Source: Haliotis cracherodii
Taxonomy: Eukaryota
Direction of reading: 5' to 3'
NCBI RefSeq assembly: GCF_022045235.1
Contig: NW_027266343.1
Location: 56,854,001-56,918,000 of the forward strand
DNA length: 64,000 nt
This document shows, in pieces, positions 50,560 to 63,249 of the stretch; the first letter of the stretch is position 1; each line of letters begins with the position of its first letter. A program made the translations under genes and the position numbers. The notes under the pieces were generated by a model. The model made no database searches. It had not been told where the DNA came from and saw nothing but the letters and a program-made list of their open reading frames with translations.

Positions 50560-51972
50560 ATGAGGGTGGCGAAGTTGCAGCGATACATCGCTATCGGTGT
50601 GGTGACATATTTTGTATGTTCAATCATGTTCTACAGTTTTTTGAAGAATTCCCAAGATGATAAAACTACATCAGAAGAAAGTCAACGAGAGAATACCATT
50701 TTCAAAAAGCAGGAACCTTTGAGACATCTGAAGGCACCGCGTATACCAAAGAGGACGGTGTCTAACCCTCTGACTGAACACTGCGTGCAGGATCCAAGGT
50801 ACGCCGTTAATCTCCAATATGTTCACGCTAAACTTACATCTCTGATCTTCCTGTTCTCAGCCTATGCAGACTATAGACCTGAGAAGCCACGTGTTCGTAT
50901 CATAGGAATTATCAACAAAAATATGGCCTATACGAGTCTATATTGCCACTACAAGGTGCCCGTGATGACGGAGGATGGTAGCAAGATTCACGAGCTGATT
51001 TCCGTTGAGGCTGAGCGCTATGAGCTGTGTGAGAACCATCTTCGTGCGTTTGGGGGGTGGATTTTGTCCTGCCCCTTGCCGGAGATTCAAGGGAGACAAC
51101 CATGTTTTGTCTACGTCGGCTTGTCTCGGAAGGACACTGTCAATAGTGTTGAGATGTCCATTCTCACAACAAAAAAGTCGCAACCGGAAGAGCAGACTGA
51201 TTTTGCTGTCTGTGTCCCGCCTTTATATGGAAAGTTAACCAGATTTTCTATTGTTCAATTTGTTGAGCTGAGTCGTCTTCTTGGCGCGCGCCATTTTGTT
51301 TTTTATGATTTTGGTATTACGCCGGATGTGCAATTAGCACTGAAGTATTACCAGTCTGTTGGGCTGGCGTCTGTCATTCCGTGGGATCTCCCAGTTTCAT
51401 GGAAAACAATATGGTATCTAGGACAGAGCGTGGCTCTTACGGATTGCCTATACCGACATATGTCAGCGGTTAAATATCTTATGTTTAACGATCTAGACGA
51501 GTTTCTCGTACCACGTGACATTTCCGCGAGATCTTGGCGTGATTTGACCACCATGTTTAAACCAAATATATGTGGGCTCTCATTTAGAAACGCTTATTTC
51601 CAAATTAATAATTTACCAGCTTGTAACCAGGACAACCGTTGCTTGACAGTGTTACGTGCTACGGAGAGACATGAACGATTTCCAAATATGGGAAGGAATA
51701 AAATGATGGTTGATCCATATAAGGTATTTGAGATGGGGATACACCACGTGAGTCGACCCTGGCCCGACGTTGCCAACTACAGCGTGATAGAGGTTCCTCC
51801 TGACGTCGCTTATGTTCACCATTACAGAGAGCTGCAGGATGACGCAATGGCGGAAAGGTTTACCAACGATAAGTTCCTAGTGGACACATACAGTGACCCG
51901 CTGATCAGAATGTATAGCAAAGCTCTTGTTGCCATTCGGGCGTTTAGTCGCAATAAACAGAATTTAGTTTAG
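50560..51972 (+). CDS. Glycosyltransferase family 92 (DUF23; GALT-1-like) type II membrane protein, 470 aa, intronless CDS
   Basis: Short basic N-tail plus TM helix; FSAY.D.R, DFAVCVPPLYG, FVELSRLLGA.HF.FY, GQ..ALTDCLYR, FNDLDEFLVP (DxD), GIHHV and HHYR motifs. Confidence 0.9.
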   Translation: MRVAKLQRYIAIGVVTYFVCSIMFYSFLKNSQDDKTTSEESQRENTIFKKQEPLRHLKAPRIPKRTVSNPLTEHCVQDPRYAVNLQYVHAKLTSLIFLFSAYADYRPEKPRVRIIGIINKNMAYTSLYCHYKVPVMTEDGSKIHELISVEAERYELCENHLRAFGGWILSCPLPEIQGRQPCFVYVGLSRKDTVNSVEMSILTTKKSQPEEQTDFAVCVPPLYGKLTRFSIVQFVELSRLLGARHFVFYDFGITPDVQLALKYYQSVGLASVIPWDLPVSWKTIWYLGQSVALTDCLYRHMSAVKYLMFNDLDEFLVPRDISARSWRDLTTMFKPNICGLSFRNAYFQINNLPACNQDNRCLTVLRATERHERFPNMGRNKMMVDPYKVFEMGIHHVSRPWPDVANYSVIEVPPDVAYVHHYRELQDDAMAERFTNDKFLVDTYSDPLIRMYSKALVAIRAFSRNKQNLV

Positions 51973-52293
51973 GAACACTGTATTAGGTAACAATTCTTCC
52001 CCCATTAGAATCGGTCTTCAGTCAGCCATCTTGTTAGAGGCGATTGCTTGTCGTGAGAAGCGACTAACGAGATCAGGTGTTCAGACTCACTGGCTTGTTG
52101 ATGCATATCATCGTATCCCAGTTAGGTAGATCGATGCTCATGATATCAATCACAGGATAGCCTTGTCCGGATTGGATTCCTTACAGACCGCTGTCGTATC
52201 CCTCGAATATTGCTGAGTGCGGTGTAAAACAACAAACAGTCAGACAAACAAACAAAACAATCAAGGTAACAATAACTGATTGACTTGAAGCCA

Positions 52294-52295
<2 letters not shown>

Positions 52296-52346
<51 letters not shown>

Positions 52347-52360
52347 CGTGTGTGTGTGTG
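52296..52360. repeat. (TG)n microsatellite
   Basis: Direct reading. Confidence 0.95.
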
Positions 52361-54131
52361 TTGTGTGCATTCTTCTTCTTGTGAAGAATTTGAATGGTCA
52401 TATTCCTTTATCTGCCTCTACCATTGATCATTATATATTATTCATTATAGCCAAACAGCTATGCCGTGTATTCAATGCGGTGAGTGCCTAAGTATGCTTT
52501 TACGCCGCTTTTAGAAATATTCTAGCAAAATCAAGGCGGGCGACATAACAACTGGCCTCACACATTGCACCCATGTGGAATCGAACACGGGTCTTCAATA
52601 TGATGCGCGAACGCGTAAACCACTAGGCTATCCCACCGCCCCATATCACGTGGAGAATATCATCATCAATTGTGCCAGGTACGAGGAGACATAAGTCTGG
52701 CTACCCGAGGGTATCACTTCCTTGTCCAGAGTTGCGGGCCTTAGGCATAACAGGATCCTGGGATAAACTTGTCTCCAACATTAGGCTTTCAAGCATTGAA
52801 AATAACTGATAATCTCTTCTAACCTGCACACCCATATTCTCAAAGTTGTACTCTGAAAACGGACATTGATACTCTCGGGGCAATTAGATCTCCAGCACAT
52901 CGTGTAAGTGCTCACTGTCGTCTTGTCAAGGAAAAGACAATGATATATTGTTCATTCAATAAGCAGTCACATTTCTTGACAAAATGAAAACATGTACCCA
53001 ATTTAAAAAGATAATAAACAAGCCATTGTGTGATTATCTGTTGAAGTGCCTTAACCAGTGTTTGTTTGTGTTTAATACTGAGTTCTCTGTTCGTGAACTA
53101 TAGATGTCTGTTTCTTTGTTTTTTTGTTTTCAAACATTGCATTGTGAACAAGATATTGTCACATATGTTTTCACTTCATGAAGCCTATCAGCATGCAGTG
53201 GTTCAGACAACACAATACGGTGTGCTCTGCTCTCTCACAACTATACAGTTTGCTAAAGTACATTTTGACATATAATTTATTTTTACACGTTAATGACGTA
53301 ACATTGGAAAGGTTAAACCTGCTTTTCAATTATTTATTTCTTAAATTTGTACACACAAAATGACCGTAATTAGCGTTTTTATTAGTTTCAGCAAAATCAG
53401 TAAATTCACTGCCGAGTCGCTGTATTTTCGAATCAAAGATCATTTGATTTTCTGGGTTGTTTACAGGCCGCCGTTGCATGTCAGTAAAAATACTGTTTTT
53501 ATATATTTAAAAAATCTTTATGGCTGGTGCTGCCGGTAGAGTAGGACATGCTTACCCTTTTCGCGAACACCTGGTGTCATCACTGATTTTCAGTGGTCCA
53601 TTCATATAATTTTCACACATATTTTGCCCTTAATTCCCTTGCATTGACGTTCATATTGATTATCGCAGTGTGTATATTTTAGAAAAATCGATGCGATTGC
53701 GTAATTAAATGGAAAATGTCATTAATTATAACTATACTTGAAGTGTACTTTTGACGGCCCGCCCTTAGCGTGTATTAAAGTCAGGGAAGAAAAGCTCTCA
53801 CTCGGATGCAGACAAGAGAAGAAAAGCAGAAGTGTTTTGGCCTTGGATTGCTTTAAGTTTAACACTGTGTTGAACTATTACAGTGTTTGTAACAAGAGTA
53901 CAGTTCACCCTTGCCTCCTGAACCAGTGTCACTGTGACCTCTCCGACTTGTGCAACAGCATGACGTGGAATAACACACCTGTGTATTGAGTCTTGGTGTC
54001 GTGATGAAACAAATCACAACTGAGAGAAGCGGCGGTAAAATACGCCGTTCCGATATCGACACCACCCAGTGGTCATGTTGAAACCACTGTGGGTGTCTGA
54101 AATGTTTCGATAGCCCTAGTTCTACATAAGA

Positions 54132-54468
54132 TGGGGTGAAATTGGGTTTAACGCCGCGTCCAAGATTATTACTTAGCGACGTCCATGCACGTGTGTGTGG
54201 CTGCTTGTACTAGTCCGGACTGATGCCGATTTATAGTGCTAGCATACTGAGATACCATGCCGCAGTTTAACATGAATACCCCACTCAGACACAGCATACT
54301 GACTCCGAGCCGACCAGTCCTTGTTTTAGCCCCTTAATGCCGAACGACAGACTGGGTAACAACAAGTACCATCTTTTAAAGTCTTTTGGTATGACGCGCC
54401 CGGGGAGTGAACCCCGGACCTACCGCTCTCAGGGCGGACGCTCTACCTCTAGACCACGGGGGCGGTTG
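54132..54468 (-). mobile_element. SINE family C full-length copy with 13-bp TSD
   Basis: GTTCTACATAAGA at 54119-54131 and 54469-54481; tRNA-like head on the minus strand. Confidence 0.9.
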
Positions 54469-56080
54469 GTTCTACATAAGACACGTGAACAAATGAACCA
54501 ATGTTACAAAACATTTAAAATGAACTTTTTCTTAAAGATACCTTTTACTTTTCTTGTGGGTATGAAATATTTACTGTTATTTTATCCACATATTGGGGTA
54601 TTTCATATCAATTCCATACATATTAGAGGGAATCAGGTTGTGGTATCATGGTATGATAGAAATATCTCAATCAAAGGTTGACACCTGATGTTTTAGCATA
54701 TACTCTTGAAACGGATGTTTTGCATGCAGTAGTCACAATAGTGTTTTGTGACGGCAGATCGTGCAAGTATATATCGTCTATATTTGGTTAAAAATGAAGA
54801 AATGCTCATTACGAACGATCGTTATCTGTTAACATGCGGCGATAAACAACATTCTGCAGTTTGTGTGTGCGAGTTGGGTTAAACGCCGCTTTTAACAGTA
54901 TCCTATTTATATCACAGCGTGTCAGCTTATTGTGGGAGGAAGTAATGCACTTCGGTGAAACACACGAGCACGGGTATGGTGCTGACAAACCTAGAAACAT
55001 AATCGGGACGAACCGGTATTCGAACTTACAATCATAGGTTACTGGCGTATCCAAGGGAAGCAACTCTGCACAGCAAATTGCGGCGCCCCGTGTCCCCTTC
55101 TGCATTAACAGGGCAGGAGACAAAAAGTGAGCGTTTTACTTAAATGCATCGGAGGTCATGTTTGGTGATTTGGTTGACAGTGTGGCGTCGTACCCACACG
55201 ACGTGGATCATTGCTCATGATACTGATCACTGGATTGTCTTGTCCAGACTCGATTGTCTACAGTCCCGTCGTATGGTAGTACTGCGGGGGGCGGCGTTAG
55301 ACAACAACACTAATATTTTTTTGCAAATTGTGTGAGTAGCGGGTACTACCGGTAGAGCAGGTCATTCTTACCATTTTCACCAACAGCTTGTGTCATAACT
55401 GATTTTCAGTGCACCACTCGTTTGCCTTTTACGTCCTATGAAATCTCCATAAATAATTGTGACTGACTATTCTCTGGCGAGAGATAATGTTGGGTGCGGC
55501 GTAAAACAACAAACATACACAACATGAATGATTGTGTGGTATCGAATTCGTGCGGCATGGATCACCGACCGTAAATGAAAATTGAATAATAATTTTGACA
55601 GACTTCTTCCAAGCGAGTCAGCTGTTTGTTGGTTTGTTTGTTGTTTAACGCGGCACTTAGCAATATTCCATCTATATGACGGCGGTCTGTAAATAATCGT
55701 GTCTGGACCAGACGATCCAGTGATTGACATCATCGATCCATACAATTGGAATACAATGACATGCACCAACCAAGTCAGCGAGCCTGACCACCCGATCCCG
55801 TTAGTCGCCTCTTACAACAAGAATATAGTCGCCTTTTACTTCAAGCATGGGTTACTGGAGACCTTTAGTCAGTTGACAAACCTAAGTAAAATACAAAATT
55901 CTAAAATAGAACGATATGGGAATACAGCTATTTGCATGTACATTACAAGAAACACCACAACTAACTCTTGCATTATGTTTATATATTTTATTCTCCCGAA
56001 AAAAACTTCAGAGATCGTATTGTTTCGGTTACTAACCAAACAAATCAATAAGCCGGCTTGTTATTAACATGACATTTCCG

Positions 56081-57294
56081 TCAGTATGTGTTCATAGCAC
56101 CCGAGACACAGTTTTCTGTCGACCTACACTGCTGAAATCCGACTCCGCATCTACACTGGGTACAGGAGTCGTCGGGACGGGTGTACCACGCTTCAAGGTC
56201 AATGACCACCCCATCCACCACGCACCCCACGTGCTCACAACAACACCGGTCCTCAGTCCACTGTAAGGAGGAACGATGATTAAGTACAGTGACATGAACG
56301 TGTTCTCGCAACAAAACGTATTTTGAGACAAGCAAAGTTTCGTAACGATTACAATGCAAATCAGTTCAACAATATTCCTGTCCTGTCACTTCAGACTTGT
56401 TTCAATAACACTTTCCGTAGAAAATGGTGCAGGCAAACATTTAACCAGTTTGATTCAATTTTTACATTTTTGGCGTGGATTGGATGCTCATGATTTCAAT
56501 CATTGGATTGTGGGTCCAAGGCGTTAGACCACAAACAAACAAACAAAACAGCCTACTGTCAGTCCGAAGAGTATCAATATGTATGGAGTGAGTGAGTTAG
56601 TGATTTTACGCCGCTTTACAGTGACATAAGCGTGTCACCCTAATGTAGGAGAAAAGCCCATAGACGTCTATCATTTTTATCAAACCCATTTTCTAAGTGA
56701 GTGAGTGAGTTGGGTTTAACGCCGCTTTTAACAATATTACAGTCAAATCGCGGCGTGTCAGCTTAATGTGGGAGGAAAGCCCGAAGTGATGCAGGTCTCA
56801 GATATTTACCACTTCGGTGAAACCCACGAGCACAGGTATGGTGCTGACAAACCTAGAAACATAATTGGGGCGAACCGGCATTCGAACCCACAATCATAGG
56901 TTTCTGGCGTGCCCAAGGGACGCAACTCTGCACAGCCAATCGCGGCGCCTTAGACGACTGGGCCACCCGTGCCCCCCATTTTCTAAGGAAAACTTACATC
57001 GAAAATCATAAACACATAAATATTTCTTACCTTGGTGCACATGTACTCGAACTCAGGCCTATACTCTAAAGCACAGGAGGGGCCGTTACAGAGAATCTCA
57101 CCGTCGACGCAGGTGCAGGTATGACAACGTCTTTCCCATGTCGTTCCGTTCGTAATGATTTGGATTGCGTCGTAGTCTATTTCATAACAAGAACGCCTCC
57201 ATGTAGTAACTTTGGGCATCCCGCGTATTGCTACGACGGATGTGAGGACAACTACTACAGACACGACGGGGGTGAGGGTGGACGTGGACGACAT
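56081..57294 (-). CDS. Small secreted Cys-rich protein with two VWC-like modules, 2 coding exons, 147 aa
   Basis: Exons 57294-57031 and 56260-56081 (phase 0; AAG|GTAAGA and TTACAG|). Hydrophobic leader, then NGTTW...CHTCTC.DG...C and GC..DG......W......C..C.C patterns. Confidence 0.78.
56698..56974 (-). mobile_element. SINE family D full-length copy with 13-bp TSD
   Basis: CCCATTTTCTAAG at 56685-56697 and 56975-56987; A-box TGGCCCAGTCG, B-box GGTTCGAATGC. Confidence 0.88.
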
Positions 57295-60200
57295 ATTACA
57301 GAATACTGCCACGCGTCACAACCACCTACTTATAGGAGGGACATTTAGCGTCACACAATTATTGGCCAAAATGTCACACCATAATTATCCTTGATAGCAA
57401 CTTGATAGAGCCACTGATATAACCTTCATCTGACCTCTAGATCGATCTGGTAAGTTATGCAAGCGTTCGTGGTTGATGTCAATTAACTGATGAGTGTTAA
57501 GTGACACAGTTGGTAAAGATAGGTGGCAGAACAGACATGTCCATCGATCACGTGAAGATAGGAGAAGATGATGCTGATGCAGATGTTGTTGACAACGTGG
57601 TAACAGATGCACGATGGATCACCATTTGTGGAGAGAAGTTACATTTAACTTTGATCACTGAACTCTCACTGCAAAACAAAGTTCAGATATACAAGCTTAT
57701 GATATTATGTGCTTTGGATAAATAATATATCCGAAGCGTAGACAATTTTGTATAGATGATACATCCGAAGCGTAAACAATTTGGTATATATTAGATATCC
57801 AAATTTGTTTTTCTTTTCATATGTTGGTAAAGGGAGATAATTGCTATGTATTCGGATAGAATTGTTCTGTATGAGCAAAATGCAGTGTATTGAGTCGATC
57901 AATATTATAAGCGAGATTCAAATAAAGTAAGATAATTCTCTCTTATATAAGTTATCAAATAGGTTGGATAGCGTCAGTTGTAGGTCATGGGCCTGATCGT
58001 GTTACTACCAGAAGCTGACAGCTGACAGCTCATTGTATCAAGCTAAGAATCAGTATCCCCCGACACACTCACATACACCCACCTGAGGCTGTCAGTGTTT
58101 CAACCGAAGATGCGTTAACCTTGTGATAGTATCGAGAGGTCCGCTTCCTAAGTTTGTTTGTTGGTTGGTTTATTGGTTAACGCCGCACTCGGCAATATTC
58201 CAGTTATATGACGGCGGTCTGTAAATAATCCAGTGATTGACATAATGAGCATCGATCCACGCAATTGGGATCGATGACATGCATCAACTGAGTCAGCGAG
58301 CCTGACGACCCGATCCCGTAGTCGCCTTTTACGACAAGCATGGGTTGTCCAGATCTTCACGGGGACATTTCCTAAGAGAGAGTGGGATATCAGATGCCCC
58401 CAGAGGTAACAGCAGAGGCTGGTACGGGCACCAAAGATTCTCATTGTGTCTTTAAACTGCGACTGAGTGAGGATAAAGGGGTGAGTTGGTGACTTTCATT
58501 TAACGACAGGATAAGGTATTGATATAGGTAACAATATATTTACAACCGTATTTCGCGACCATACCCCGACCCTCTGTTCTCAGTCATTAAGCATGTCTCT
58601 CAACTTCCAATTATCAGTGAGTTATTTACCTCCGATACGATACCTCACTGCATTAAGGAAAGATGAGACCTAATAGAGGGTCACGTCAGGTGAATCCTGT
58701 GTCCACCCACTCAACAAAAGAAGTTTAGGTTCTTCTAAACGATTCGACTTTCGTTCTCAGCAAAAGAAAACCGCCACAGAACACACATATGCCCTCGACA
58801 GTGTTACTGTTACAAATAACGTACCCGTGAAGATCCGGGTTGGAATTGGCCTAAGCAACCCATGTTTGTCATAAGAGTCGACGATGCTTGTCGTAAGAGG
58901 TGACTAACGGTATCGGGTGGTCAAGCTCGCTGACTTTCCCAATTGAGTGGATAGATGCTCATGAGTCGGGTCCAGACTCGATTATTTACAGACCGCCGTC
59001 ATATAGCTGGAATATTGCTGTGTGCGGCGTTAAACAACAAACTAACAAATTACAAAAACGGATATTTGGTATGCATCTGTGCGCCTCACTTATGAAGTGC
59101 CAGTCAAGACGTTGCGGTGAGCACCTCCTGGGATCCGAACTTAGTTTTCATTATAACAATCATGCTTTATTTCTTTGAAACATCTGCTACCCATTGTGTA
59201 AGTTTACATATTTTAATGTAAAAAATCTTTAGAAATATTTTATTACTTTATTATTTTATTAGAAAATCTTTAGGAATTGTTTTATATAGTATATTACACT
59301 ATATTTTGTGGAAAACCAGTAAGATAAAAACTCAGGTTTTGGTCACAAGAAACCACGTGTCGGGTTGTGTGATGCGTACTTACAATCTCCGTAGTAACGC
59401 TCAAGTTGGTCCTTCATGGAATAGTTTCAAGGCGCTTTAGTCAGTATTATGTATGGCTAAAGGCGTAACCTTATTATAATTATTTCGTTGTAGCCTATAT
59501 ATGCAAGTATTCAGAAATAAATGAGAACATTAAATCAACACCAGTCCTGTTCCTTGCATCAACCAAGTCAGCGAGCCTGGCCACCCGATCCCATCTCAAG
59601 ACAAGCAAAGTCGCCTTTTAGGGCAAGCATGGCTTGCTAACGACCTATTCCAACCTGGGTCTTTACGAGTCCATCGGATAAGTGAGTTGTTTTGAGTGCA
59701 CAGGGTGAATGCACTGTACACAAGGGGTAGTGACAACACTGTAAACAGGCTGTATAACAACCTGGCCAAAGCGGTATCTCAGCACCTGGTGTTAGAGACC
59801 GCCTGCCTACTCCGCCCAATGAAATGTGGTCCAATTATAAGACCTGCATCACTCACTTACTCCTCCCCTCCCCTCAATAAACAACAGTAATGTGCCTGTA
59901 GAAAGACATTCATTAACTAAAAAATGAAAAAATATCAAAATTCAAATTAAAACAATATTTATTCAAGATAATAAAGATAAAAAATAGTATGAGAAATATT
60001 TCCCATTGTGGGGGTTAATTACGAACATGTATCCTACTTGAATCATATTATGAAACATGTTGCAAAACGACATATATACGTGCACCTAAAGTCGTGACAT
60101 ATTATGACATGAATGCATTTTGTGAATATACTTTCACATTTCAGCCATATGGTCCTGGACAGAGACACTGGACACATTAGGGAAAAAAAATCATGTTTCT

Positions 60201-60328
60201 CATCATAACGCCAGCATCAATACCCTCTGGAATTAGTATAAAGCTACATCCGATATCAGTGGATGTAATAAATTTAACAGTTTCCGATCCAAGCAAAAAA
60301 ACGTACATTACGATACAAATTTTACCAC

Positions 60329-60424
60329 AGGAACTCGTTATTGGTCAGTAAATAAAAATATATATCCCCTCTACTTACATATAGGGGGTATATATTTTTA
60401 TTTACTGACCAATAACGAGTTCCT
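60329..60424. repeat. Near-perfect palindrome, 42-bp arms, ~12-nt loop
   Basis: AGGAACTCGTTATTGGTCAGTAAATAAAAATATATATCCCCT versus its reverse complement with one mismatch. Confidence 0.92.
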
Positions 60425-60992
60425 TTGAATTTTACCCAGTAAATTTGAATGAGATCGTTCAAACATTACTTAACCTTCCTGCTTACCTCCCTTTATTAAC
60501 TGTTACATAGCGGTAGATGATTGAAGTCCGGAAAGCCGATATGTTGTAGATAGCGGTAGATTTCACGGCAGTAGTGAATCACTGGGACACAAAGGCGTGC
60601 AGAACGTGCATATCTCCTTTTCAAGACACATTCCGTGTCAATTTGTGTGGCCTGGTGATTTTGTTAATTGTGTGACTTCGGTTGTGTGCATCCCCACCCC
60701 TGCGCCCTTACAAAACCCTGGCTCCGCCTCTGATGAATGGTGCATCAATACACGCGATCAGCTAACGCCAGATAATTGTTAAGAATGTGCTTCGTACAAT
60801 GATGCCACATACTACTAGAGCCAGTGCGTCCTAATACGAGCATACCTACATCAGAGTTTATGAAAATCTATATTTGAGTTTGATGCCTTGTGGGTATACT
60901 TTCTGACGTGCATCGTCCACTCCGATAACGCTAATTAACATTACATCTACACATGTATAGCAGTATCACAGAACATGCCATCGTCGATGTCG

Positions 60993-63113
60993 TCATGATA
61001 CGCCCATGACGCTGCGGATCCATGTCACGTAGTCGGTGACGCGTGTGAAGACGGCAGGAAACTCCCCGGGACGATCACGGCTGGTGAAGGAGACGACGCC
61101 CGCTATGACGTCTTCACCGTCCTCCCGGCACACTAGCGGACTCCCGCTATCCCCCTGCAAGAGTGAGTGAGTGAGTGAGTGAGTGAGTGACCAGGGTAAA
61201 CGCTGCTTTGAACAGTTCTTTTGGGGTTTTTTCAGCAATATACCTGCTGACGGCTGTCTGTAAATAATCAAGTTTGGACTAGACAACCCAGTGACATGCA
61301 TCAACCAAGTCAGTGAGCCTGACGAACCAATTCCGTTAGTCGGCTTTTACGACAAGCATAGTTGCCTCTTACGACAAGCATGGGTTGCTGAAGACCTGCG
61401 TGTCAGCGTAATGTGGATGGGAAGCCCTCAGTATGTTTACAACTGTAGTGAAATCCACGGTTACATGGCAGACTCTACCTGTTCAGTACGACCAATGCGA
61501 GCCAACAACTGACGAACGTACAGTCTGAAATTACCGTAGGATACTAACATACTCTCTTTCAATCTCAGGAATTTTGTACCTCATTAAGTACCTGTGGGAA
61601 TTCATCGAGGATGAATATAAAGGAAATCCCAACATTGTGGCCGGCTAAAAGTAGATTCGTCTAAATATATTCTTACAAGACCTTGACTCAAAATTGCTGG
61701 GGTTTTCTCAGCAATATTCCACTTATATCATGGCGGTTGTAAAGAAATCGAGTCTGGACCAGACAATCCAGTGATCCACGTCATGAGCACCAATCTACGA
61801 AATTGGGATACGATGACATGTATCAACCAAGTCACCGAGCCTGACCACCAGATCCCGTTAGTCGCCTCTTACGATAAGCATGGGCTGGTGTATACCCGGA
61901 GTATCACGGGGATCACCCCATCACGGGGTGGGGTGGGGGTGGTTACTATTGATTTTGTGGATAAGGAGAATGAGTAAAAGGTACATTTACAGATTGGGAC
62001 CCGTGAAGATCAGGGTAAAATAGATCTTCAGCAACCCATGCTTGCCGTAAGAGGTGACTATGCATGTCGTTAGAGGCGACTAAAGGGATCGGCTGGTCAG
62101 GCTCGCTGACTTAGTTGATGCATGTCATCGTATCCCAGTTGCGTGGTTTGATGGTAATGATGTCAATCACTGGATTGTCTGGTCCAGTGATTATTTACAG
62201 ACCACCGTCATAGCACTGTGTGCGGCGTAAAACAACAGACAAACAAACAAACATTAACATATTGACGACGTAACAGCTTGAAGTATGAACTCCATACCGA
62301 GCAAACTCCGACTCCTCCGTTCCTGTAGCCTGCACACACCCGTTTGTCCATGTCCCGGATACTGTAGTGGAGTTCGCACATGTAGTCACTGTACACCGGA
62401 AGTTGAATCTCACGTGCTACAGGAGATGGCCCGCCACCTAGTGGTATCACAAGTCAAGTAGTTTGCCATTACAGATTCTCGTATCCAAAATATCACATAA
62501 TTTTAACTTTTTTCATTTTCACCCGCACGGTAATACAAAGTGCAATTTCTTCTTCAAATGTGGTGCTTCTTAATAGTTAATGTATTTGTTTAACTGCATG
62601 GTGGTTGACTTACCGTTACTGGTGCACCCCCATCCGGTAGTGACACACAGCTGCCCCACCCCTGGGAAACTGTCGTCGAAGGCACGGGGGAGGTTGACCC
62701 TCTTGATGTAGCCGAACTCGGGACCGGAAGGCACTGGACGGCTCAGTCTGACCAAGGCAATGTCATTGGCCCAGATACCTGGAGAAGTGAGTGAGTGAGT
62801 GAGTGGAAGGGCGAGTAGGTTCTCGGCGAGTGAGTGAGTGAGTGAGTGAGTGAGCGAGGATGGGTATGGAGTGGACATACATAAGCAATCAGGTCGAACA
62901 AGGATAAGAACCAACGACGGGGCCACATAGTAGGGAGCGAGGTTTCGTGTGCTACTTAAGTGATGGACGCCAATGGTGACAGGATGACTACCTACTCGAC
63001 TCGTTATAGTGCGGGTGGATCACTATTCTCTCCACCCCGATCTCCCACTGCATCCACTCAGATCGTTGTAGAAGTCGTCCCAGCAGATGTAGTAGCCGCT
63101 CCGCCGGCGATGT
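60993..63113 (-). CDS. S1A serine protease (chymotrypsin/elastase-like), last 4 exons; His57 exon beyond window end
   Basis: Exons 63113-62996, 62778-62614, 62437-62298, 61154-60993: VERIVIHPHY, NDIALVRL (Asp102), CVTTGWG, VCAG, CSGDSGSPLVC (Ser195), GVVSF, PAVFTRV..YV.WI. Confidence 0.92.
61998..62252 (+). mobile_element. SINE-like family B full-length copy in protease intron
   Basis: Consensus match. Further B copies at ~13617, 14700, 15835, 18585, 21875, 36720, 47885, 52000, 55620, 58150, 58823, 59555, 61230, 61705. Confidence 0.82.
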
Positions 63114-63249
63114 CTGACAGAGAAAACACACGATACATATCCCTTGCAGTCCTGTTTCATGATCCCCTCTCTCTGCCGGATACATTGACATCATATAGAA
63201 TATTGCAGTATTTAATGAAATAATAAAAGAAATCTGTAAGGTCAATAAG

